This document shows positions 20,903 through 32,815 of a DNA stretch of 64,000 nt, piece by piece. The number at the start of each line of letters is the position of its first letter. Position 1 is the first letter of the stretch. The stretch comes from an uncultured Gammaproteobacteria bacterium (GTDB lineage: Bacteria; Patescibacteriota; Microgenomatia; Daviesbacterales; UBA10151): NCBI GenBank assembly GCA_964459095.1, contig CAYWKL010000002.1, positions 2,858 through 66,857 of the forward strand, in the 5' to 3' direction. The position numbers and the translations under genes are program-made. The notes under the pieces were generated by a model, which was not told the origin of the DNA, ran no database searches, and saw nothing but the letters and a program-made list of their open reading frames with translations.

Positions 20903-21655
20903 GTGTGTAAAATGTGGAAAAAAATAATACTAATTAATTTGTTGGTGTTTACCCTGTTGATAGGTGTAGTTAGTGCAATATGCACAGATAGTGATGGTGG
21001 AATAAATTATAACGTGAAAGGTGCAACAAAAAGTGCCTATACTACTGGAATAGATAGATGTAGCGGTTATTCACTAAAGGAATATTATTGTAATAGGGGA
21101 GTAGTAAAATATAAAAATTATTTATGCCCTTATGGATGCACTAATGGTGTTTGTAAAAGTAAATATGTATGTGGGGATAATATTATAAATCAATTAGGTG
21201 AACAGTGTGATAATGGAGTAAACAACGGAATATTATGTTCACCATTTTATGGCACATTTTGTGATTATTGCAGTACTTCTTGTAAACTAACCAAAGTATA
21301 TGGAAGTTATTGTGGTGATGGAGTAGTTGATTCATCATACGAAACTTGTGATGATGGCAACAATGTAAATGGTGACGGATGCAGCTCAGCATGCCAGACA
21401 GAAATAAATTATGATGGGTTATGTGTAACTAATGGATACTTTGGTGAACAGCAGCAGGAAGCAGAGCAATTTTGTAGTTCAATAAGTAGCATATATGATT
21501 GTGGTTATAGTGAATTTTGTAAATGGGTTGACCTTAGGCATTGCACAGCGAATGGAGAGTTTGGAAGCCAGCAGCAGGAGATAGAACAATTTTGCAATTC
21601 TATGGATATCATACAAAGTTGTAATGATAATATTGAATTTTGCAAGTGGGGTTGA
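20903..21655 (+). CDS. Secreted Cys-rich protein with Myxococcus-type (DUF4215) repeats
   Basis: CTDSDGG.NY..KG module; CGDG......E.CDDGN..NGDGCS..C..E; tandem C..NG.FG.QQQE.EQFC repeats. Confidence 0.8.
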   Translation: MCKMWKKIILINLLVFTLLIGVVSAICTDSDGGINYNVKGATKSAYTTGIDRCSGYSLKEYYCNRGVVKYKNYLCPYGCTNGVCKSKYVCGDNIINQLGEQCDNGVNNGILCSPFYGTFCDYCSTSCKLTKVYGSYCGDGVVDSSYETCDDGNNVNGDGCSSACQTEINYDGLCVTNGYFGEQQQEAEQFCSSISSIYDCGYSEFCKWVDLRHCTANGEFGSQQQEIEQFCNSMDIIQSCNDNIEFCKWG

Positions 21656-22877
21656 TGAAAGATGTTGGTAATAATAAAACTTAAAGGAGGAAACTAAAAT
21701 GGCAAACCCAATAGATATATTACAGAAGGAAATTGAAGAGAAAGAGAGCAAGTTAAAGCAGGCAAAAGAAGAAGTCAAGCAAATCAGGGAAGACATCAAA
21801 AAAAAGAGGCTGCTAATACTGGATATAACCAGGGCGATGAAGCGTGGAGAACCTGATGTTAAGGAACAGAGTTAACAAGGTGATTGATGATAGAATTAGC
21901 CATCACTCCTTGCACAACGAACCCTGTAAAGACAGCAAGATTGATGAGCTGAAAATATTGAAATTGATATTAAGGGATAGGCTGGGATGAATAATAAAAA
22001 ATGCCCATTTTGCGGCGGTAAACTGATTAATAGAAAAAATGTTACATTCAGAGTAGGAACTATGATACTTGGTTCAGTAACATTCAAAGGAAGATTGGTA
22101 TGTTCAGAATGTAAATCTGTATGTTTAAGGAGGTAGGCAAGATGGAAAACAAATATTTTAAGGTAAGTTATCAGGGTGTTAAAGGGGTCATTACATTTGT
22201 ATTGTTTGTAGTAATTGCTATTATTGTTATCGGTAATTATAAAGAACTTATTGTTAACTTTCAAATTAAGGATATTGTATCTGTGTCAGAACCCAACATA
22301 GTGATTATAATACTATTTATAGGGATGTATGCTGGAATTTATTTGGCATACATAATTATTAAATGGTGTGTTGGAATATTATATAAAACTTTTAATCATG
22401 AAAAATGGTATAAAACATTAACTCATGACATAATTAAATTTTCAGTTACGATATCACAGTATGAATCAATCAAAAACAATAAGATATTCTTTACTAAATA
22501 TCCGAATGACCCAAAGCCGGTATTTAGTTATAGGGAGTTAGAAAAATGGGCAGAAAGGATAATCAGCAAAGAATTGAAAAAATTAGGAGGCAAAACAAAA
22601 TGAAAAAAGGATATGTAAAGTCAAACTGGGCTCCTATGGTTATAGTTGCATTGTTTGCTATAGGAACAGCATATTCAGGGGATTTCTGGATTGGAGTGCT
22701 AACACTCTTTGTGGCAGGAACATTGGTATACGGTTATATAAAGTTTGATGAAGACGAGAAAATGCACGATGAATGGTGGAATGCCTTAAGCAAGGATGAA
22801 AAAAGAGAGGTATACGGGAAAATTGCAGATTTTGCAAAAGATAAGTTTAAAGAAGAAGTGTACGGGGAAGGAAAAGC

Positions 22878-23786
22878 ATGAAGACACTATTTTTGATTGT
22901 CCTGCTGGCTGTATTGCTTCCGTCAGTGCTTGCTGCAGATTTAAGAGTGGATGACATCAGGGGATTTGTAGGTAATGAAAGGGCCTCTGATGTAGACGAG
23001 GACGGCGGTGATTTTGACGTGCATCGCGGAGACATAATAGATTTGGTTGTATCACTGGAAAACAACGGCAACGAGACGATACAGGCAAAGCTGAAAGGCA
23101 CTATTGAGAATATAAACAGGGGGGATGACATCACAAAAGAACAGGACTTTTATGACATAGCCAAGGATGATACAAGGTCAAAGACATTATCCTTCTCAAT
23201 ACCTTCCGATGCAAGAAATGATATTTATGATATGGATTTAAAGATATTCTTCAGGAGGAGCAATGGCACAGAAGGCACTGTTGATGAAGTGCAGTATAAT
23301 GTGGTGGTAAGCGTATCGCAGGGGCAGGATGAGATTACAAGCAAAGACATTGACGGAATAATACTAAATTTAACTTCAAGCTGCAATTCAATAGCCGCAA
23401 CCACGAATACATGCTTTGGCTATATTGAAAAATCCAATACATGCTCCAACGAGCTGTCAACAGTAAAGGAGGAGAGAGGAGCATTCCAGCAGAAATCCAA
23501 TGACTGCGAATCTTCATTAGGCAGCGTCAGGTCAGAGAAAGCCGAGGTAGAGCAGCAGAAGGCAAGCATTGAAAGCCAGATGAATTCAATGATAACGCAG
23601 ATGCAGTGCAGCAACCAGACTGCCTTCGCAATCTCATCAGTAAGAAATGAGAATGACAGCAAGTTCAACCAGACACTCCTGATGATAGGCGGAGCTGCTG
23701 TAGCATATTGGTATTACAACGACAGGAAGAAAAGGAAGGCATCCGTCTTAAGCTCATATCAGTCAGATTATTATGAGAAGGCATAA
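22878..23786 (+). CDS. Secreted, C-terminally anchored protein: Ig/CARDB-like domain plus Cys-containing coiled coil
   Basis: Signal peptide, V.LEN.GN beta-sandwich pattern, coiled coil, C-terminal TM. Confidence 0.65.
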   Translation: MKTLFLIVLLAVLLPSVLAADLRVDDIRGFVGNERASDVDEDGGDFDVHRGDIIDLVVSLENNGNETIQAKLKGTIENINRGDDITKEQDFYDIAKDDTRSKTLSFSIPSDARNDIYDMDLKIFFRRSNGTEGTVDEVQYNVVVSVSQGQDEITSKDIDGIILNLTSSCNSIAATTNTCFGYIEKSNTCSNELSTVKEERGAFQQKSNDCESSLGSVRSEKAEVEQQKASIESQMNSMITQMQCSNQTAFAISSVRNENDSKFNQTLLMIGGAAVAYWYYNDRKKRKASVLSSYQSDYYEKA

Positions 23787-24215
23787 GCAATGCGAAAGGT
23801 ATTTAATTTTTCATTTGTAATCACCCCCAATGTGATAAAATGATTCTTATATACCTCGCAAGATTGCTATCCTTTGGTTATACTTAAGTTTGAGATTTCA
23901 CGATGATAAAACACATGGCGATAGGAAACATAAGATATGGAAATCCAGAAGGAGAATCCTATCTTTGTAATCCAGTTCCTTATGCTAATCTAAATAAATT
24001 AGAGTATAGCTGGGAAAAGGTTACTTGTAAGAAATGTCTTAAAAAGAAACCTAAAAATGGCAAACATTGACTTATTGCAGGGGATTATGAACGGCTTTGC
24101 TGCCGGATTAGGCGCTGGCATCGCAAACTGGCTGCTAATCAAAAGGCTGGAAATTATAGAAAAAAAGATACAGAACAAAGTAAATAATAAAATAAATAAT
24201 TAGCAATGAAACCAA

Positions 24216-24743
24216 ATGCCAAGAACGGAACCGTTCGGAGTAGTGAAACTTAAAGGGATACTGTTTGGAGACGATAATTGGGGCACCGTGCTTGATGAAG
24301 AGCCGCCATACAAAAATAAGAAAGGGATAGAGATGAAAAAATACCTTGTGATTCCCGGAGAGCATCTTATGAAGCAGTTTCCCCAGCTGCAGAAGCCCGG
24401 AGCGCTGACCTACAAGAATACTGCATTGTGGGTGGAGTATCCTACATATTGGGTGAGTGACGATAATCCGTCAAGGACCAACGCGATTGCAAGGATTGAC
24501 TGCGGGTTTGACGGGAGGGAAACACAGCAGACTAAGAGATTTAAGAGGTATACTGATGAGATAAAAACGCTGAGGGAAGAGCTTGATAATACAATAATAA
24601 GCAATATGCACCTTACTGAAGAGAACAAATCGCTGCTTGGCGGCAAGAAAGAGATAATAAAGGAGGTGGTTGAGATGGTTACACAGATAAGGGGAATCAA
24701 AAGCTATGAGCCGGGTGAGGGTTATGAGCATAGAGAAGAATAA
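24216..24743 (+). CDS. hypothetical protein with C-terminal coiled coil
   Basis: 175-aa ORF in core codon style. Confidence 0.65.
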   Translation: MPRTEPFGVVKLKGILFGDDNWGTVLDEEPPYKNKKGIEMKKYLVIPGEHLMKQFPQLQKPGALTYKNTALWVEYPTYWVSDDNPSRTNAIARIDCGFDGRETQQTKRFKRYTDEIKTLREELDNTIISNMHLTEENKSLLGGKKEIIKEVVEMVTQIRGIKSYEPGEGYEHREE

Positions 24744-25209
24744 GTTTAACTGGAAATTGGTGGGAATATCGCTTGCAATAATAGTTGTGCTTTATTTTAC
24801 ATTGTCATTTGTAATTGCAAAGAATAAGCAGCATCCGAAAGAAACAGTATACTGCTATTTCAACGCTTCCATTAATGACAGCGTTCCAAGGGATGAATGC
24901 GGAATATTAAAAATAGTATCGAGGGATATCCAAAAGGAAGAGATAGATGAGTTTAACAGGTTCGGCAAGTGCTCCAAATTGCTTGATGAGCTTCCGAAAT
25001 GCGGGGGCGAAACATATCTTTTCAGCAAGTATAATTTGAAGGAGTTCTGCAAAGAGCCTGGCTGCAATGTTGATGGAGTTATATGCAGCGCATTCTTCAT
25101 AAATTACCACAATGAAAGCGAGTACAGAAAGATGTATGAGGAAAGCTTCACAGAATCAAGCATAACATCAGGAGAAAGTTTAATGAAAATGATTGACAAG
25201 TGCAGGTAG
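24706..25209 (+). CDS. TM-anchored Cys-containing protein
   Basis: ORF track. Confidence 0.6.
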   Translation: MSRVRVMSIEKNKFNWKLVGISLAIIVVLYFTLSFVIAKNKQHPKETVYCYFNASINDSVPRDECGILKIVSRDIQKEEIDEFNRFGKCSKLLDELPKCGGETYLFSKYNLKEFCKEPGCNVDGVICSAFFINYHNESEYRKMYEESFTESSITSGESLMKMIDKCR

Positions 25210-25629
25210 ATGCAGTGCGAAAAGGTTGGTTCCTCGCCGTAAAATCATGCCATTATCATTAGTGGCGTTGGTTATCCTCGCTAATCTTGTCTTTTAACAA
25301 AAATCAATAGAAGTGATTAAGATGAGATAAAAAATAAAATGCAGGATGAAAGGAGTTTTATGGATATTGAGGATGTAACATTAATAACCAATAAGATTGA
25401 AGGCGCCGTTAAATTTATTTTGATTTACACCCACAGGTATGCTGGATTATGGTGCATCATTATGGGGTATGTTGTGTTGTTTGCATTAATGGCATTTGGG
25501 CCTATACTAAATTTTGACACTTTGAGGGCAGTTGGAATTCTAATCACAGCAGCAGTAGTGATAATTTCAATTTTTGCTGAAGAAAAATTTCAAAGGGATA
25601 TTTACAGAAGCTTTGGAGTTTGGTGGTGA

Positions 25630-26331
25630 TTGATGGGAGAATATTTTAAGGATGAGTCTAAAAAGGAGAAGCCTGCCCAGGAAGCTGTTCTTATTACAGA
25701 CTTCAATGTTTTATGTTCAACGTATGATATGGTTGTTAACAGGATTCAGGAAACCACAGGCCAGGGCTACGAAGCTATTTTACCTATAAGGGCGGAGCTG
25801 AGCGGAACCGGAAAGAGTCCGGAAGACACCGGACAGATTGGCGAGCTGAAAAAAGGAATACGAAATTCAAGAATATACAGGACAGATATGGGGATTACTA
25901 TGTGGAACGCCCTGAAGAATATAGAGGATTTGGACAGATGGTCTGAAAGATATGCCCAGTACCTTGAAGAGCATATGGATGGGCTTAAGCTGATAATAAA
26001 AAGCGCGTTCAGCATTATAGACGGTTTGAACAAGAAAATTATTGAATTAAATTTAGAGATACGCAGGATGAATGACAGGCTTGTAGCGCAAACAGATGTG
26101 ATGCCTATCTCAGTGACCTCCAGTGAATTTGAGTCAGACGCTAAAAAATTTCGCACGCAGCTTATAGAGGGGATTAAAAAATATGAGGATGCAAAGAGGG
26201 CTAATGACACGAATGCCATAAAAACCGTGCAGGCAAAAATATTTGAAATCTGCAAGGATGATTATGTGAAGTGGGAAATTGCCCAGAAAGAGATGGCATC
26301 GGCTGATAAAAGGGTGCTCAAACGACCATAA
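25630..26331 (+). CDS. coiled-coil hypothetical protein
   Basis: 233-aa ORF. Confidence 0.65.
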   Translation: MMGEYFKDESKKEKPAQEAVLITDFNVLCSTYDMVVNRIQETTGQGYEAILPIRAELSGTGKSPEDTGQIGELKKGIRNSRIYRTDMGITMWNALKNIEDLDRWSERYAQYLEEHMDGLKLIIKSAFSIIDGLNKKIIELNLEIRRMNDRLVAQTDVMPISVTSSEFESDAKKFRTQLIEGIKKYEDAKRANDTNAIKTVQAKIFEICKDDYVKWEIAQKEMASADKRVLKRP

Positions 26332-26960
26332 TGTACTATAAATCCCCGTTAAACCACGTCATACCCAACTACTTGACCAAAAAAAATTGAAAAAATGATT
26401 GTAAAGAATAATATAAAATATTAAAAATATATTAATTTAACTAAAAGGTGTGAGGATTACTTGAAATATATAAGTATTGCTTAAAAGTTTTAAGCGTATT
26501 AGCCAATTGAATAATAATGGTTGTGGTATATATGTTAGAGTGTGTAAACTTGTTTAAATAAGTTTAATCAAAATGCACAATCTTGCGAAAAAAGAAACAT
26601 CGGAACATGCAGTAAAGAGGGCTATCAAAAAAATGTTAAGTGACAAGCATGCCATGGAAGTTATGGTCCAAATGACAAAAATATTTTGGAAACTGAATGA
26701 TGAGGAAAGGATGGCGCTGATGGACTACCATAAGATAATTGAAGATAACGCGCGATGGGAGATGCTTGTAAGATTGTTTAGTAAATTAATCTTAGTGATG
26801 CATGAAGAAGAATTTAGGCAGTTTGAGAAAGAACTGCGGAAAGAGTATGACGGCAAAAATGTGCAATTCAAAAACAAAATTAAAAAATGAATTAAATTTA
26901 TTGAAATAACTTCAATTTTATGAAAGAAAAAAAGCATCAATAGAAAAGAGAATATAAATT

Positions 26961-27284
26961 TTGAGGAAGATGAGATACAAAAAAAGCAACTGGAATAAAT
27001 ATTTTGACGGCAGCTGCAAGAAAACAACTATCAGGCTGAAGCCATGCAAGATAAAGAATCACAAGTGCTGGGCAGGAAGCTACTTCCATCCTGAATTGCT
27101 GGGCGCTCATGATATTGTGAAGGTTGTGCGCAGCAAATTCAGCAGGCTTACAGAAGATGACGCCATGAATGACGGATTCAAAACTCTTGAAGAGCTGAAG
27201 ATAGAACTAAAAATATTAAACTCAAAAATAAATCCTAAAACTGATGTTTACATCCACTGGATAGACAATATTAAAAAGGTATAA
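26961..27284 (+). CDS. ASCH/PUA-like domain protein
   Basis: G.KKTTIR ... LTEDDA.NDGF.TLEEL. Confidence 0.8.
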   Translation: MRKMRYKKSNWNKYFDGSCKKTTIRLKPCKIKNHKCWAGSYFHPELLGAHDIVKVVRSKFSRLTEDDAMNDGFKTLEELKIELKILNSKINPKTDVYIHWIDNIKKV

Positions 27285-27285
27285 A

Positions 27286-27954
27286 TTGAAAGACGACAAC
27301 ATTGAGCTGCTTGAGTTAAACCAAAAATCCGACCTGTTGGCAGTTCAATGCCAATGCCCCATAGACGGCGATAAATACATTCACGGCGTCCCTTACGTGA
27401 TGGTGCCCTGCGGCAAATGCAGCAACACTTACAGGACAGATTTCGCGCAGGACATCTACACAAAAAAAGCCAGGCATCTTATTCAAAAGCTGGCATATGC
27501 AAATGGGGTGGTGGTGAGGGCAGATGAAAAATATGAATCATCCTTAACTCATATGAGGCAGCATTTCATAGAAATGCATTGCTGGGATGTGTCTGAAATT
27601 GAAAAAAGCAATGAGGAGTATAGTATGTGCCGGAGCTGCGGGATATGTTTTAATTGTTATACATGCAGCTCGTGCAGTGAGCATTTCCAGAGGAATATAA
27701 ACAGAAGAAAGCAGGCCTGCCCAAAATGCAAATCCGATAAATTTAATAAAAGCCATTTTAGTGATGTTGCAACAAATGAAAAAAAAATAAAATTATGCCC
27801 TTACTGCAAGTCAGAAAAAATAAGCATGACGAGGACAAAAAACAAGACAATGTGCCACGTATGCAGTTCAAAAAATTTGTCAGACAAAAAAACCAATATA
27901 ATTTATGAGTTCAGGATAGACAGGAAGAAAGCCTACAGGAGGGAGAATGTTTAG
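27286..27954 (+). CDS. multi zinc-ribbon protein
   Basis: Seven or more CxxC motifs. Confidence 0.7.
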   Translation: MKDDNIELLELNQKSDLLAVQCQCPIDGDKYIHGVPYVMVPCGKCSNTYRTDFAQDIYTKKARHLIQKLAYANGVVVRADEKYESSLTHMRQHFIEMHCWDVSEIEKSNEEYSMCRSCGICFNCYTCSSCSEHFQRNINRRKQACPKCKSDKFNKSHFSDVATNEKKIKLCPYCKSEKISMTRTKNKTMCHVCSSKNLSDKKTNIIYEFRIDRKKAYRRENV

Positions 27955-28142
27955 GATAGTCAAGTGGAATCTGTTGGATAACGACCAGAAAAGAGAGATA
28001 TTGTTAAAAGAAGGAATTACAATAATTGGTGGGTTAGGTGTATTGATATTTTTGTGGGTAACGAGTTCATGGCTCGCAGGGATAATTGGGGGAGTTTCAT
28101 TGTGGGCAATGACAAGATTTTGGTGATGAAGGAAGGATAAAA

Positions 28143-28361
28143 ATGTATAATCATACAATCCTAATCAACATAAACCGGGAGGTTATTGAAATCCCGGTAG
28201 ACGAGTGCTTTATGTGCGGGAGCAATGTGTGCATCACCAAGCATTACGTGATTCCAAAAGAGTATGCACCAATGCGGAATGTTGCAATGCCTTTATGTGA
28301 AAAGCATAAGGATGCAACACATTATTTTTATAAGAGGGCTGTAACACTTAAAAATGTTTGA
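28143..28361 (+). CDS. HNH-like Zn-finger protein, paralog of 38092..38421
   Basis: CF.CG....ITKH..IP.....NV..PLC..H. Confidence 0.55.
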   Translation: MYNHTILININREVIEIPVDECFMCGSNVCITKHYVIPKEYAPMRNVAMPLCEKHKDATHYFYKRAVTLKNV

Positions 28362-29942
28362 AACTAAAACCTGCGACATATGCGGAAAGGATAAGGATGT
28401 GCAAGAGTTCAGCGAAGAGCATAAGTTCATTGAAACCAACACAGAGGAAGAAGTAAACATATGTATGGAGTGTGAATAAAATTTTTATAAGAAAAAATGC
28501 GGATGGAGATTGGTATGTTTGCAGAAATACAAAGGCAGGCCACAAGAGGAGTGGAAATGTCAAAGGCTCAACAAGAGACTGGTGGCTGGTTAAACATGGC
28601 TCGGGATTATCGCAGTTTATCTGCTATTTTAAGAAGGATTCATCTATTTATTGCCCAAAAGAATTTATCGGCAAGAGAGTCAGATTAAAAGTAGAGATAT
28701 TAAAATGACTACGGAAGAAATAGAAATGATAAGGTATTGTTGTGATACTGGACCAAGATTAGATTGTTGGGAAGTAGAAGATTATGAACACGATGAAGAT
28801 GCTGAAGAAGATGGTTGGATTACAAACGGCAAAGAAAACCTGTGCCCTTACTGCGCTTCAAAGGAGAAAAATGATTAAAGAGCAAGACTATAAAAAATTG
28901 TATGTAAAAACACAAAAGCAGATGGATTACTTTGTCAAGCATAAAAGGTTCCACAATCATCAGTGCAAATACTGCAGGGAAGATTATAATGAGATAGTTT
29001 CATTGACAAATAAAATAAGAAACATGAAGATAAGAAAAAATCTTGCTGGATTATGGAGAACACTGTGGATTAACGGCTGCAATGATTTTGATATAATCTT
29101 GTATGAAACTGATTGGGATTTGCTGAGGGAAGAATGCTTGCCAATACACAGGAAAAGGAGGATATAAACAAATGATACACAAGCCATTTTATGACGAGGA
29201 AGATTACCGGGTGGTTATGAAACTGCTGAATGGAATGAGAGTTCCAGACGAAGAAAGGGAAAGAGTGTTCACAAGGCAATTATTTTTAGAAGGTATAACT
29301 GATAATCAAAACAGAGGGTAAGATGGCAAATTTGAATCTACTGAACACCCCCAACGTGTTTGTATTTCTATTATGCCATCTGCCCGTTTAAGATAAAAAT
29401 GATTAGGCAGGAGCTTTATGCGGACTTGGTGATACTTATAGGTGTAGGAGTGCTATTGATATTTATGTATGGCTTTGACATCAAGGAGCTGGTTAAAAGG
29501 CTACTGGAATGGACGTTTGTAGCGATTGGATTTAAGCTACTTATTGATTATGGTGCGTTACCTAAGCTGAGGGAGAGGATGATAAAGCGGGAAGAAAATA
29601 ATAAAAATGATTTTAGCAGCATAAGATAGGTAGGTACATAAACATTATGACAAAATCAACAATTGGGCAGGAACTTGGAAAGTCCGTCCCAAAGATAGAT
29701 TTAAGAAAAGAAGAAGGAAGTTATTTATGTGACGATGATTACGAAGGGAATGGAAGCTTATTTGTAACTGTTGACAATGTTAAGGAAATAATTCAAAATA
29801 CAATCAAAGAAGCGGAGAGGAGGATTAACAGAGAGAAAGAAGAATTCACAATGTCATTGGGTTTAAAAGTTGGAAAGGATTATAATGATGGTTTGAAAAA
29901 ATCAATACGGATAATTAAAGATTGCTTTAAGGTATAAACAAA

Positions 29943-30548
29943 ATGCCGACCGATGCAGAAGAGAAGAAGCAAATAGAAAAATTAGCCGAGGAGAAAAAGA
30001 AAGTAGCTCCGTGGTGGCAGAGGCTAAGCCCATTAGTTTTAGGAGGCGGAGGGATAGTTGCGTTCCTTATAATAAGGAATATAATGACTGATGTTAAGAA
30101 CAGGAACACCTATGTGTTCTGGCTGATTGGTTTGCTGGTTGTTCTTTATCTGCTTGCCCAGACCCCAAAGACAAAAGAGGAGGAGATAATTACACCAAAA
30201 GAAGCTGAGCTGTTGACTGAGAGGGAATGTGAGAGAAAAAGAAGATGGGAGCAGTTCGAGCCGATGTCAACATACAAGATAGGCCCGGTGTCCAGCCTGC
30301 AGCATAGGGATGGAGGCGGAGTGTATTATGATGTATCTGTGGAGGTTGCAAGCCCCTACCACAAGCCAATGCATTATGTGGCAACAGTCATGGCCAAAGG
30401 GATAGAGAAGGGGTTTGTAACAATACAGGAGAGCATAGGCCCGATAACCGGCAGGGAAAAAATTGCAGAAAAGACACTGTTCCCTGAATGGTTCAGAAGG
30501 GCAGAGAAGTCTCCGCTGCTGGAGAAGCTTATGCTGAGGGAGAGGTGA
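29943..30548 (+). CDS. membrane protein (2 TM)
   Basis: 201-aa ORF in core codon style. Confidence 0.65.
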   Translation: MPTDAEEKKQIEKLAEEKKKVAPWWQRLSPLVLGGGGIVAFLIIRNIMTDVKNRNTYVFWLIGLLVVLYLLAQTPKTKEEEIITPKEAELLTERECERKRRWEQFEPMSTYKIGPVSSLQHRDGGGVYYDVSVEVASPYHKPMHYVATVMAKGIEKGFVTIQESIGPITGREKIAEKTLFPEWFRRAEKSPLLEKLMLRER

Positions 30549-31311
30549 GGTAAGATGGTTGATGAAAACACAATATGGAATTCAAAACAAAATCATCCTG
30601 AACTTGTTATCAGGGATTGCATCAACCATTTTAATCTGTCGCAAGAACAGGTGATGAAGTTAAGATTTATATTGATGAACCGCGGGATTAATAAATGGCT
30701 CTATGCGAGGTATATGTTTATAAGATTAAAGCATGAAGTTAAGAAGATGAAAAAGCAAAATCCAACAGACAAGAATATTAGCTATATCCAGGAGAAAATG
30801 CAGAATATAGCAAGGACTCCGCGTTGGGTAGAATGGGGAACCCTCATCCATAAAAAAATGTCAAATAATATCAAAGAGATACAAATCAAAGGCAAGCATT
30901 GTTAAAATCCTATGGAAGTGAACTGCCTGAGCAAGGCGATGATTTTATGAAATTAAAAAACATTGTAAAGAGGATAGAAAAGGACCTAAAAAAGGATTTC
31001 AACGCCTGTATGTTCCTGCTAGCCTTTGCTGTGTTTGTGTATGGGCTGTCGATGTTCTGGAGCGGGTTTCATACATTTGATATGGCCCAGAATTTAATAT
31101 TTATAAGGGATGATGTAACTATTGACCTGCTTAAGCAGAATATAAGTTTTAGTATGGGAACTTATTTGGAAACAACAACAAAAGGGTATAAGTGGACTCT
31201 GGAAGAAACCTATATAAATGGAGTAAAGAAAATTTTACTCAGTATTAATGTGATTGTTGCATCAATGTTTGTTATTGGATATTACTTCAGAAAGATTGAG
31301 GGAGGTAAACT

Positions 31312-32079
31312 ATGAAAACACTAATCCTAACTCCAAACAAAAATTTAGTCTGTGGTATGTACCAACTCTCAAAAGACTTGGCTAAAGAGTTTGATGGAGA
31401 TATTGGTTTTAAAGATGAAATCATCCATTATACTGAATATGACCAAGTAATCACTTTATTTTATCCTATGCACAATTTTGGAAAAGATGCGAAAAGACAT
31501 GGCGCAAAATGGATTTGTTATAATCAAGGTATTCCACCAGTAACTGAAATATATTTTCCTAATTTCTGGAGAAGAAGTTATATGCAGATTTTTACATGGC
31601 TTAACAACAGAAGCATGAAAGGTGCTGATGAATATTGGGATGTCACTGAAAGAGAGCAGAAGCCGAGATGGACTGAAAAATCAGATATGTCGGTAAACCT
31701 CCTGCATAGTGTTTTAGGAGAAGTTGAAGAACCTTACGCAATATATTTAGGGAGGACTACCGATTACAAAAATTTTGAATGGCTAACAAAAATTATGGAA
31801 GAATTTGAGATAGCTTTAGTTCATCCTGAGAATCTTCCTGATGAACATGTTCACGCTTTGCTTTCAAATGCCAAAATGTATGTTACAGCTTCTCTTTGGG
31901 AGGGGTACGGAAGACCTGTACACGAAAGTGAAAATCTTGGCGTTCCAGCAGTTTCTTATGATGTGGGTGCACATAAAAGGCATACAAAGAAAGGCATCTG
32001 CGTTCCTTTAGACATAAACAATATGAAAGCGTCAGAAGAATTATTTAAGAAAGCAGTTTTGGAAGTGTGGAGCAGATGA
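31312..32079 (+). CDS. Glycosyltransferase family 4 (GT-B)
   Basis: YLGR....KN, ASLWEGYGRPVHE...LGVPAV. Confidence 0.85.
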   Translation: MKTLILTPNKNLVCGMYQLSKDLAKEFDGDIGFKDEIIHYTEYDQVITLFYPMHNFGKDAKRHGAKWICYNQGIPPVTEIYFPNFWRRSYMQIFTWLNNRSMKGADEYWDVTEREQKPRWTEKSDMSVNLLHSVLGEVEEPYAIYLGRTTDYKNFEWLTKIMEEFEIALVHPENLPDEHVHALLSNAKMYVTASLWEGYGRPVHESENLGVPAVSYDVGAHKRHTKKGICVPLDINNMKASEELFKKAVLEVWSR

Positions 32080-32477
32080 AGATAAAACACATCCCTTACC
32101 TCATATATGATTCTATTAAATCGCTTGTAATGGAATTGGTGGAGCTTGCAAATTCGATAAAAAAGGCAAAGACATGGAGCTTCATATTGTACGCAACATT
32201 CTTCCTTGCAGTGTATTTCAAGCAGTATACCCTGATGAAAATTGCGCTTCCGTTAATCCTCGTGCTGTATGTTATGAGAAGGCAGAAAGAGCCTGAGTTT
32301 AATTTAGCATTAAAGAGAAGGGCATTCCTAACTAACAACGATGAGGAGATAAGGGAATATTACAAACAATATGAACGGATATGTTATTTCACATTTCCAA
32401 GAAGAGAGCCATTAAGCTACGAAGACTATAAGAAAGAAGAGATTGAGAAGCTAAAGGAGAGAAAGGTTATTCAGTAA
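32067..32477 (+). CDS. membrane protein
   Basis: Last gene of the rightward block. Confidence 0.6.
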   Translation: MEQMKIKHIPYLIYDSIKSLVMELVELANSIKKAKTWSFILYATFFLAVYFKQYTLMKIALPLILVLYVMRRQKEPEFNLALKRRAFLTNNDEEIREYYKQYERICYFTFPRREPLSYEDYKKEEIEKLKERKVIQ

Positions 32478-32815
32478 ATATTCTTTTAATCATTGTGTCA
32501 GGCCCGCTTGCAGGGTAGGCTTGTACCGGATAGGGTCAGAGCTTCTTTCAACTATGAACTCGCTGCCTTTCAGCGACCTGTTGAAGATGAATGCCAGCTC
32601 CCTTGTTGTAAGCCTTTTCCTTATCAGCTTCCTGCCATTAATCTCCTGGCACCAGTCAGACAATCCCTTATCCTCGCCTATCTTTCCCTCTAAGAATTTT
32701 CTTATCTTGTTTACATCCTCTTTGCACATGTTGCCCACCTCTGTTAAGTTGTATAAAGGTAAAACTTAAGATTGGGTTGCCCCTTAGTGCGTCTTAAGTT
32801 ATTATTAACTATTCT

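Noticed and set aside
32745-32812. Hairpin aacttaaga/tcttaagtt followed by atta-TTA, resembling a cassette site
   Set aside because: The spacer on the other side does not fit and I found no matching inverted arm at the start of ORF 32816..33262. It may be a terminator or an eroded site.
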